From Candidatus Omnitrophota bacterium (lineage in GTDB: Bacteria; Omnitrophota; Gorgyraeia; Gygaellales; Profunditerraquicolaceae), in contig JAPLLX010000006.1 of assembly GCA_026387335.1 (NCBI GenBank), positions 44,949 through 108,948 of the forward strand: DNA of 64,000 nucleotides, in the 5' to 3' direction. The notes under the pieces were generated by a model, which saw only the letters and a program-made list of their open reading frames with translations, did no database searches and was not told the origin of the DNA. Made by a program: the position numbers and the translations under genes. Below are positions 1-7,232 of the stretch, in pieces. Numbering within the stretch: position 1 is the stretch's first letter; every line of letters starts with the position of its first letter.

Positions 1-255
1 TATAAAACTAAAGCCTGGGATTGGCTCTTAGAAGCCAGGAAAAAACTGGATAAAATAAATAAAGACCTTAGCGCTGAGAAACTAACCCTGGCCTGGAAAC
101 AAATTTACATACTCGAAGGTAGCGATTGGTTCTGGTGGTACGGAGAAGACCCGGATGGCTCTTTTGATAAGCTCTTTCGCCGGCACTTAAACAACTTCTA
201 CGCGATTATTGGAGAAATTCCTCCGGATTATTTACAGAGCCCTCTAAGTACTTGA
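1..255 (+). CDS. Glycoside hydrolase family 57 protein (amylopullulanase/branching-type), C-terminal end only
   Basis: Frame 1 reads ...KAWDWLLEARK...IYILEGSDWFWWYGED...FDKLFRRHLNNFY...PPDYL to TGA at 253-255. EGSDWFWW is the GH57 C-terminal conserved motif. Not in the ORF track. Confidence 0.85.
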   Translation, partial: YKTKAWDWLLEARKKLDKINKDLSAEKLTLAWKQIYILEGSDWFWWYGEDPDGSFDKLFRRHLNNFYAIIGEIPPDYLQSPLST

Positions 256-280
256 CATTCAAGGCCTTTTGTGTTATAAA
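252..280 (+). promoter_or_regulatory. Sigma70-type promoter
   Basis: TTGACA (252-257), 17-nt spacer, TGn extended -10 TATAAA (275-280). Confidence 0.7.
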
Positions 281-282
281 TA

Positions 283-861
283 GTGCAAGTTAAAATGGAT
301 AAAAAAGATATCTACGAACATTTAGCCAAGATTTATCTTGACGCTTCTTCTAAGAAGAAAAAACGCAACAAGGCTTACCCGAAACTTTTCCAGAATCTTT
401 TCATCGTAAGCATATTTGTGGTGATCGGCCTGGCGAGTACTTTATTTTCTTCCGCATCTAAGAAGCAGGCCTTGCATTCGGAAACCGCCCTGGTCCTGCA
501 GAATGATCCCGCTAAAATAAATTTTAATTTTAACCCCGCTAAAAAAGAAATCTACACCCTTAACCTAAACCGCCTTAATATAGCCCATTCTAAGGCCTTG
601 GGTTTTTCAGTCAGGAATATCTCCCCTAAGGATAAAATAACTTTAAGGATCGAATTTACCAACGCCTTTAAAGAAAGATCTGAGGTCTACATCCGGGCTA
701 TTCCTTCTAAGTGGCAGGATTTTAAAATCAACTTAGCGGAATTTAAGAATATAACTGACTGGTCAGAAATGACGACTCTGGCTTTTTCGGTTGAAGAATG
801 GAACGCCGCGCAAAAAAAAGGCGTGGTTTATATAGACAATGTCCGGCTTCTTAAAACATGA
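283..861 (+). CDS. Single-pass membrane protein with C-terminal CBM11/CIA30-like carbohydrate-binding beta-sandwich (start may be ATG 295)
   Basis: Basic N-terminus, one TM helix, then WQDFKINLAEF...DWSEMTTLAF...VYIDNVRL typical of galactose-binding-like domains. Confidence 0.6.
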   Translation: MQVKMDKKDIYEHLAKIYLDASSKKKKRNKAYPKLFQNLFIVSIFVVIGLASTLFSSASKKQALHSETALVLQNDPAKINFNFNPAKKEIYTLNLNRLNIAHSKALGFSVRNISPKDKITLRIEFTNAFKERSEVYIRAIPSKWQDFKINLAEFKNITDWSEMTTLAFSVEEWNAAQKKGVVYIDNVRLLKT

Positions 862-878
862 AAGGAGAATTTTAAACC

Positions 879-1982
879 ATGCGCATAATAGCGATCACTA
901 ACCAAAAAGGCGGCTGTGGCAAAACTACCACCTCGGTCAATTTAGCTGCGTCTTTAGCCACTAACGGCCGCAAAGTGCTCTTGATTGACCTTGACCCTCA
1001 GTCACACGCTACATTAGGCTTAAATATAAAAGCTCCTTTAAGTATTTATAATGTCCTCTCTAAAACCGCGCATCAAAAGGCCAAGCTTGATGAGATCATC
1101 CAGAATATCAGCCCGGATTTTGATATAGCACCATCTAGCATTATTTTAAGCACAATCGAACAAGAATTATCCGGAGAAATCGGAAGAGAATCCCGGCTCT
1201 GGGATACCTTAAGCGCTTTTAAGGGATGCTACGATTACGTGCTGATAGATTGCCCGCCGAACTTAGGTATTTTAACTATAAACGCCATACGCGCGGCCAC
1301 TGAAGTAATTATCCCGGTTGAGGCCAGCAGATTTTCACTGGAGGGTATGGACCAGTTGCTTGGCATAATCAACTTAGTCCGCGACCGCTTAAACCATGAA
1401 GTCAGTTGTAGAATACTGGTAACGAACTTTGATTCACGGCTAGCGCATTCCTTTAAGATGCTGACGAAGATAAAGACTGATTTTAAAGAGAGACTCTTTA
1501 GCAATATCATCCATGTGAATGTCCGGTTAAAAGAAGCCCAAAATCAGGGCACGCATATATTTAATTTTGACAAATACTGCCGCGGGGCAAAAGATTATTT
1601 CAGCCTTTCCCGGGAAATAATTACTCTGGAAAAAGAACCTAAGCCGGCTACAGTTAAACCGATAGCGGTTTTAGAGAAGAAGATGAATGAAATACTCAAA
1701 AAAGAACTGCCTAAGCTTAATGAAGTAATCTTCTCGGTTTTCGCGCCGGAGGCAAAAGAAGTCTATGTCGCGGGAGAATTCAATAACTGGAAACTGGAAG
1801 ATTCCGGCCGGATGCTTAAAAATAACGGCACCTGGAGCAAAAAATTAAACTTAAACGGCGGCAAATACCGCTATCGCTTTGTTATTGACGGAAACTGGAT
1901 TGAGGATTCCGCTAATCCTTTGAAAGAAGTCAATCCTTACGGTTCAGTTGATTCCCTGATTGAAATAAGCAGCAAAAAATAG
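879..1982 (+). CDS. ParA/Soj-family ATPase fused to a C-terminal AMPK-beta-like glycogen-binding (CBM48) domain
   Basis: Deviant Walker A KGGCGKTT, DLDPQ and IDCPP motifs; C-terminal APEAKEVYVAGEFNNW...YRYRFVIDGNWIED...NPYG; SD AAGGAG upstream. Confidence 0.9.
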   Translation: MRIIAITNQKGGCGKTTTSVNLAASLATNGRKVLLIDLDPQSHATLGLNIKAPLSIYNVLSKTAHQKAKLDEIIQNISPDFDIAPSSIILSTIEQELSGEIGRESRLWDTLSAFKGCYDYVLIDCPPNLGILTINAIRAATEVIIPVEASRFSLEGMDQLLGIINLVRDRLNHEVSCRILVTNFDSRLAHSFKMLTKIKTDFKERLFSNIIHVNVRLKEAQNQGTHIFNFDKYCRGAKDYFSLSREIITLEKEPKPATVKPIAVLEKKMNEILKKELPKLNEVIFSVFAPEAKEVYVAGEFNNWKLEDSGRMLKNNGTWSKKLNLNGGKYRYRFVIDGNWIEDSANPLKEVNPYGSVDSLIEISSKK

Positions 1983-2038
1983 TACCCCGCGCTTATAAGG
2001 AATTGCGCGGGTATGCCCGTGTGGGCAAGGAGGTACGT

Positions 2039-2443
2039 ATGGCGCTAAAGAAGAAGCTGAAGAAAAAAGCAGTAAAGAAAGCGGCCAAAAGAAAACCTTT
2101 AAAGAAAAAAACCGCTAAGAGAGTAGCCAGTAAGAAGAAACCCGCCAAGAAAGTCGTATCCAAAAGAAAAACCTCGGTTGCTAAAGTTAAACGGCCCAAG
2201 GAAAAAGTAATTGGTAATATTACGCATTATTTTCCGCATGTGCAGGCTGCGGTAATTAAATTAAAGGCACCCCTAGCGGTTGGCGACACAATCAAGATTA
2301 AAGGCCACACAACAGACTTTAACCAAACCATAAGCTCTATGCAGATTGACCATGTTCCTGTGAATTTGGCTAAAATAGGGCAAGAGATAGGCTTACTGGT
2401 GAATTCCCGGGTTAGGCAGCACGATTTAGTCTATAAAGTATAA
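2039..2443 (+). CDS. Lys/Ala-rich histone H1-like N-terminus plus EF-Tu domain II-like beta-barrel
   Basis: SD AAGGAGG before ATG 2039; KKAVKKAAKRKP...KKKPAKK, then IGNITHYF...GDTIKIKGHTTDF...SMQID...VYKV. Confidence 0.7.
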   Translation: MALKKKLKKKAVKKAAKRKPLKKKTAKRVASKKKPAKKVVSKRKTSVAKVKRPKEKVIGNITHYFPHVQAAVIKLKAPLAVGDTIKIKGHTTDFNQTISSMQIDHVPVNLAKIGQEIGLLVNSRVRQHDLVYKV

Positions 2444-2457
2444 AAAGGAGGGGAGCG

Positions 2458-2640
2458 GTGAGACTTTCAGAGGTAGAAAAGAAAGCGAAAGTCCTAGGGA
2501 TTAAAGACACCTGGAGGCTTTCCAAGAAAGAGTTAATCAAGACTATCCAGCGCGTAGAAGGTAACTCTACCTGCTTTGGGACCGGTAAAAACTCCTGTGA
2601 CCAGCTAACCTGCTGCTGGAGGGGCGACTGCGTAAGATGA
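2458..2640 (+). CDS. Small SAP/Rho-N-like helix-extension-helix protein with Cys-rich tail
   Basis: KKAKVLGIK...KKELIKTIQ..EGNSTCF...CDQLTCCWRGDC; strong SD. Confidence 0.6.
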   Translation: MRLSEVEKKAKVLGIKDTWRLSKKELIKTIQRVEGNSTCFGTGKNSCDQLTCCWRGDCVR

Positions 2641-2822
2641 AATACCACTGCCAGATTTGCGACCGCGACATTGATGATTTTGCCAGCCTTGCCCATATAA
2701 AAGCTGAGGAGTATCTGTTGGATCTAATCCGACGCGACCATCCTGAATGGCATGAGAAAAAGAAGACCTGCCATAAATGCGTTGAATACTACCGTAAATT
2801 AGTCAAGGAAAACGAAGTTTAA
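2637..2822 (+). CDS. Small putative zinc-binding protein
   Basis: CQIC...H...CHKC; ATGA overlap with previous gene. Confidence 0.55.
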   Translation: MKYHCQICDRDIDDFASLAHIKAEEYLLDLIRRDHPEWHEKKKTCHKCVEYYRKLVKENEV

Positions 2823-2831
2823 CCAGCGCGC

Positions 2832-2865
2832 TTTAAGGCCTGTTCTTAACCGGATAGGCCTTAAA
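2832..2865. terminator. Hairpin, possible terminator after the ParA-CBM cluster
   Basis: TTTAAGGCCT...AGGCCTTAAA 10-bp stem; no U-tract on the + strand. Confidence 0.35.
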
Positions 2866-2930
2866 AATGAACTATTTTCGGGTAAGTACCCATAATAAAT
2901 ACGGTGTTAAAACCCGGTAAGTCTAAGTAA

Positions 2931-3281
2931 ATGCAGACTCGAGGCAGGCCCAAAAAATACAGGATAGTGCATCTTGACCCTAAGATAAGCCAGTTTAGCC
3001 CAAGGGGTAAGCCCGGTAGGCCAAATGAGGTAGATCTGAGTATGGATGAGTTTGAGGCTATGCGGCTAAACGACTATATGGGATTACCGCAGAAAGAAGC
3101 AGCCAAATCCATGCATATATCCCAGCAAACCTTTAGCCGGATACTCAAGAAAGCGCATAGAAGCATTGCTAGCGGCTTAATCAACGGAAATACCATAAAG
3201 ATCCAGGGCGGCCATTACGTATTCAGTTCCCGCGAAGAAGATCCTAATCCCAACGTAAAACAACCCGGCGAAAACACCTAA
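2931..3281 (+). CDS. DUF134 family putative DNA-binding protein
   Basis: RGRPKKYR...F.P.G...DEFEAMRL.D..GL.Q.EAA..M.ISQQTFSRIL..A. Confidence 0.85.
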   Translation: MQTRGRPKKYRIVHLDPKISQFSPRGKPGRPNEVDLSMDEFEAMRLNDYMGLPQKEAAKSMHISQQTFSRILKKAHRSIASGLINGNTIKIQGGHYVFSSREEDPNPNVKQPGENT

Positions 3282-3340
3282 AAGCAAGGTAGATTTACCC
3301 TTAAAAACCTTGTTTTTCCCCTCAGCACACCTTGTGCTCA

Positions 3341-3368
3341 ACTTCCTATAATATATCTTATGTTAACT
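3341..3368 (+). other. dif: dif site (XerC/XerD chromosome dimer resolution)
   Basis: ACTTCCTATAA-TATATC-TTATGTTAACT, close to B. subtilis dif (ACTTCCTAGAA-TATATA-TTATGTAAACT); intergenic, between convergent genes. Confidence 0.85.
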
Positions 3369-3548
3369 TCAGCATATTGGCTAAGCTGCTTTAACCTCTT
3401 GTTTGGTAATGGTTTAGCTTATACCTGTATTTTCCTGTGAATAAGCGTTTTTTCATTTACTTAAACTTACCGCCTTCTTTTAAGCTTAACACCCAAGGAA
3501 GGATTTATGCGGGAATTTACCGGGATTTTTTGCCTTTAATCGCCTATT

Positions 3549-4652
3549 TTACTTTCGGGTTAAAATAACCTGGGCAGGAAAAATGGAACTCTCTCCAAAG
3601 CGGCTATTGATTCTATCCGTAGCCTTAATCAAGGCCTCTCTGCGTTTTTCCTCAGTTAATAAAGGCAGGTAGCTTTGCCGGCTTAAACCACTGGCAGTTA
3701 CTCCCAAGGCTCGGATTTTATAGCCTTTTTTAGGCATCCTAGCCATCACTCTAAGGGATCTTAGGTATATCTCATAGCTATCATTAGTGGCGCTAGAGAA
3801 GGTTTTTTGGGCTAAGAAATCGCCTGCTTGGGGGTTGTTTAACCAAAGATGCACAGTCCTGGCTATCAAGTTTTGCTGGCGCAGGCGCTGGCCAACCATC
3901 TCTGACAATAGCCTGATCCAGGCCAAGATAAACTGGGGGTTTCCGGATGCGCTGGGTAAAGTGTAGGAATGGCTTATGGACTTAGGCTGCTCCTTACTTT
4001 CATCAGCTTCCTCAAACTTACCGGGATTTTCATCAAAGAACTCCGGCAGCTTTAAATACAGGTCCCAACAGGTCTTTAAACCTTGGGCTATGAAAGCCTG
4101 GCCGGTTTTACCCGCCATCCCGCAGAGCTTACCTATCGCGGTACGAGCTAAGACCTCTTTAAAGTTAGACTCATTTATCAGGGTTAGGCCATTGGGCTTA
4201 TTGATTTTAGAGGCAAGCTTAGCTAAGAGCCAGTTCTTGGCTAGACCTATGGAAGCAGTGATGTTAAAGTTTGCATATATTTGCTCCCGGATCCTTTCGG
4301 CAAGCTTAAGCGGCTCTGGATGCTCCAGAATATCCATCTGGAATTCATCAACTGAAGCATAATTCAGTATGAACCCATAGCCCTTAAGCAGTTCAAAAAT
4401 CTGCTCTGAAGTCCAGATATACTTAGCCTGGTCCGCGGCTACAAATTCCAGATTTGGACATAGGTTAAAGGCATCTTTTGAAGGCATCCCAGAATGGATC
4501 CCTAAAGTTTTGGCTTCATAGCTAGCGGCGCAGACCACAGTGCGCATTTTATTGGCGCGCGAACCCACGATTAAAGGCTTTCCCAAAAGGTGCGGGTTTA
4601 TAGCCTGCTCAATTGAGGCAAAAAACGCGTCCATATCAATATGCAGAATCAT
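3549..4652 (-). CDS. dinB: Y-family DNA polymerase IV
   Basis: MILHIDMDAFFAS, AASYEAK, SVDE, LAKLASKINKPNG; start reassigned to ATG 4652. Confidence 0.9.
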   Translation of the reverse strand: MILHIDMDAFFASIEQAINPHLLGKPLIVGSRANKMRTVVCAASYEAKTLGIHSGMPSKDAFNLCPNLEFVAADQAKYIWTSEQIFELLKGYGFILNYASVDEFQMDILEHPEPLKLAERIREQIYANFNITASIGLAKNWLLAKLASKINKPNGLTLINESNFKEVLARTAIGKLCGMAGKTGQAFIAQGLKTCWDLYLKLPEFFDENPGKFEEADESKEQPKSISHSYTLPSASGNPQFILAWIRLLSEMVGQRLRQQNLIARTVHLWLNNPQAGDFLAQKTFSSATNDSYEIYLRSLRVMARMPKKGYKIRALGVTASGLSRQSYLPLLTEEKRREALIKATDRINSRFGESSIFPAQVILTRK

Positions 4653-4661
4653 ATAAACCTC

Positions 4662-4736
4662 AGGGACGGTTCTCAACTCAAAGCAAAAGTGTCCCCTGTT
4701 AGGGGACACTTTGAGATTAGCTTGAGAACCGTCCCT
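4662..4736. repeat. Nested inverted repeat (REP/MITE-like hairpin)
   Basis: AGGGACGGTTCTCAA (4662-4676) / TTGAGAACCGTCCCT (4722-4736) enclosing AAAGTGTCCCCT-gtt-AGGGGACACTTT. Confidence 0.8.
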
Positions 4737-5043
4737 AACTAATCAGCTTATCAATCTGCCAGCGGAAGGTGGAATTATTAAATGAAATCTGATATAACTG
4801 GCCCAAGCAGCTAACCGAGAAATAATTAACTAACGCCTGGCCTAAGCGCTCCTGCCAATTGTAAGTGATAGTTTCAATCTGGTATTCTTTATTATTCCAG
4901 GTGAAGCTTTTAGGAAAAATCCTGGCGTTCTTAAAATAAGCTAGGACCTCAATCCGTTCGTCTAGTTCATCCGGATTAAAACCTTGGGGTTGCGGCTCAA
5001 ACCTATCCCAGCGGGCCTTAGGATTAAAACTATTTTGATTCAT
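4735..5043 (-). CDS. Small hypothetical protein in SOS cassette (DUF6504-like beta fold, tentative)
   Basis: IEVLAYF....IFPKSFTWNNKEYQI...W; overlaps lexA stop, precedes dinB. Confidence 0.55.
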   Translation of the reverse strand: MNQNSFNPKARWDRFEPQPQGFNPDELDERIEVLAYFKNARIFPKSFTWNNKEYQIETITYNWQERLGQALVNYFSVSCLGQLYQISFNNSTFRWQIDKLIS

Positions 5044-5644
5044 ATTTCCTGATTACTGTCATCAACTTCCCGATTACCTTAAATTCTTCAAAAATTGGCG
5101 GGTAATTCGGGTTAGCCGCTTCCAAATGATATTTATTGCTTTTACGAATCAACCTTTTTAAGGTAACTTCATTATCATCCAAAAGCGCGGCTACAATCGC
5201 ATTATTCTCAGCATAGGGCTGTTTCTTGATAATCGCCACATCGCCTTCCAAGATACCGGCATTAACCATACTATCGCCCTTCACCTTTAAAGCAAAAACA
5301 TCGTCAAAGCCTAAACGGCCCAAAAAGAGATTATCCACATCCACGTACCCTTGAATTTCTTCATAAGCCAGATTTGGCTTGCCAGCCATAATGGTGCCGA
5401 TTATGGGTATTTTATTACAGCTCGCGCGTTCAGTTAATTCCAAAGCCCGGGATTTATTATTCATACGCCGTACCAAACCTTTCTGTTGTAAAGCCTTTAA
5501 GTAATCTCTCGCTGTGCCGGTAGATTTAAATCCCAGCTCCCCTGCTATCTCTCTGATAGTAGGAGGAAGCCTCTCCCCTACCTTTTTGCGGATAAAATTA
5601 AGCACCTTTTCCTGCTTTGGCGTCAGAAACGGCTTCTCTTTCAT
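5030..5644 (-). CDS. lexA: SOS repressor LexA
   Basis: LTPKQ..VL, PPTIREIA wHTH, AG cleavage site (MAGKP), GDSM Ser, TLKR Lys; ATG 5644. Confidence 0.93.
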   Translation of the reverse strand: MKEKPFLTPKQEKVLNFIRKKVGERLPPTIREIAGELGFKSTGTARDYLKALQQKGLVRRMNNKSRALELTERASCNKIPIIGTIMAGKPNLAYEEIQGYVDVDNLFLGRLGFDDVFALKVKGDSMVNAGILEGDVAIIKKQPYAENNAIVAALLDDNEVTLKRLIRKSNKYHLEAANPNYPPIFEEFKVIGKLMTVIRKYESK

Positions 5645-5651
5645 GTTTATA

Positions 5652-5681
5652 GGTATACCACACATTTGTGTGGTTTGTCAA
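5652..5681 (-). promoter_or_regulatory. lexA promoter with palindromic operator in the spacer
   Basis: TTGACA-18 nt-TATACC; perfect ACCACACA-N2-TGTGTGGT at 5657-5674. Confidence 0.75.
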
Positions 5682-5699
5682 GAAAAAAAATAAGGGGAA

Positions 5700-6317
5700 T
5701 TAAAGATCTACGCTTGTGACTGTTATGGTGGGTGTCTTAGGGCAAAAAAATGGTATGCCGTTATCTAATGTACCAAACTCTAAGGCTGCGCTTACATCAA
5801 AAGAAACCCTTATTTTATGATCAACGATACCGTTTGTAATCGTAATCGCTGAAAAAGACTTCTCTTGCGCGGTGACATCTGTATCTAAAACCAAAGTATC
5901 GCAGTCGGCTGCAGAACCAGAAGTAGATGCAACGGAAACCGTCCGGCCATCTATAGGCTGAATCGTAGTCTCTGCAGTGGTATGATAGGATCCAGAAGTT
6001 CCCCTTATTTTAAACGCTTTGGACACAGTGACCTTGCACGTCGCATAAGTACCGTCAGGTACCTCTAAGCCTGATAGGAAATTTCCTACAGATTGGCCTG
6101 CTGCGCCTGAAGCTATATCCAGCGCGCTTGACACACCAGTGTATGCCGTAACCCAATCTCCGGTACTGCTATTTTTAAGTTCAAATTTAGTTATCTTGAC
6201 TTCGTATTTCGCAGCTGCGACCAATATTCCAGCAAAACATAAAGGGCTAAACAGCAATACAGACGAAATTACTAAAACTAGTTTTACGATATTCTGCTTC
6301 ATAGTTCTTTTATCCAC
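5700..6317 (-). CDS. Secreted beta-rich hypothetical protein (DUF4382-like, tentative)
   Basis: Signal peptide ending ...PLCFA; YEVKITKFEL...VPDGTY; Ser/Thr-rich. Confidence 0.55.
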   Translation of the reverse strand: MDKRTMKQNIVKLVLVISSVLLFSPLCFAGILVAAAKYEVKITKFELKNSSTGDWVTAYTGVSSALDIASGAAGQSVGNFLSGLEVPDGTYATCKVTVSKAFKIRGTSGSYHTTAETTIQPIDGRTVSVASTSGSAADCDTLVLDTDVTAQEKSFSAITITNGIVDHKIRVSFDVSAALEFGTLDNGIPFFCPKTPTITVTSVDL

Positions 6318-7225
6318 TCAATCCGCCTTCTATCGTTAATCCTGTGCCTTTACTTACGGTTGATTTTATAAGAGTTATATCAAAGTCTCTGACTACCCTA
6401 TCCAGCACTCTATCCTCTAAATTAATTTTGGGATACGCGGTTGTAACTGAGGTTATATCATTCATAATTTCCCTTGGCGAGAACGAGGTAAAGGCAAAGG
6501 TAAGCGCTCCTTCAAATTTATAACCGGCTTCATCTCTTTTGGTGTCATTAAACATTTCAAAATTAAGCCTGGAGTATTTCATCGGAGTAAATTCAGCCCG
6601 GAATTTCCAGCCGTATTTATTTTTAAAATGTTCAAAATTATACCAATCGCCTCCCCCGTATACTTTTACCGAAGGAATATATGGTAGCGGCATACCCAAC
6701 TCCCAGTCAAAACCATTAGCTACCTTTTCATAATACTTATTTAAAAAATCTTCGCCTACCAGGTGCCTACCAGAAATCGCTATATAAGTATTTAGCCTGG
6801 CTTCTGTTAACGCCCAAAAGCAGGCTTTCCCAAAAGATTTTCCTTAGGCCAAAACCAATGTTATACTTTGGCCTTTCACCTTGGGAAGATATGCGGGTTT
6901 GATTAAAAATCACTATATCTTTAAATTGTGAACCAAACAAAGGCTGGATTGTTTCTATAAAATACTGCGGTTTTTGGTCAGAACCGGCTTGTACTGTAAA
7001 ATTCGTACGCCTGACCCATTCCGGGACAACCCAAGAATCTTCCTGATCATCTTCTTTTTTTACTTTTTCTTTGGGGGATCCTAGCTTATTAACAGTATTA
7101 TCAGCTTTTTTCAATTCAGCGAGATGGAATGAAGAATCAACGGCCCTATCTGATGAAGCTGCGGAAAGATATGTGGAAGGAAAACAGAATGAAATGAAAA
7201 AGACTAAAATTATCTTTTTATTCAT
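6310..7225 (-). pseudogene. Inverse autotransporter (intimin/invasin-type) beta-barrel gene broken by deletion and frameshift
   Basis: 5' part ...FIETIQPL...QTRIS...NIGFGLR...LLGVN shifts frame near 6805 into EARLNTYIAISG...EKVANGFDWELG.PLPYIP...RVVRDFDI. Confidence 0.75.
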
Positions 7226-7232
7226 TTGAAAT

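Larger units (their letters stand above)
2915..3472. repeat. Inverted repeat pair flanking DUF134 gene and dif
   Basis: 2915-2933 CGGTAAGTCTAAGTAAATG vs reverse complement of 3454-3472 CGGTAAGTTTAAGTAAATG (18/19). AAAATACAGG (2954-2963 / 3424-3433) lies in the same register. Confidence 0.75.

Noticed and set aside
879-1982. Calling the ParA fusion the chromosomal Soj or a plasmid partition gene
   Set aside because: No parB, parS-like palindrome or rep gene seen nearby; it sits by dif rather than oriC and has an extra CBM domain.
3324-3338. AGCACA-CCT-TGTGCT palindrome as a second LexA box
   Set aside because: Different spacing and flanks from the lexA operator, and not in a promoter; it abuts dif and may be incidental.
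1700-5530. Apparent enrichment of TARRYYTA palindromes near dif
   Set aside because: The motif occurs throughout the window at a frequency plausible for this base composition; enrichment cannot be supported without counting.
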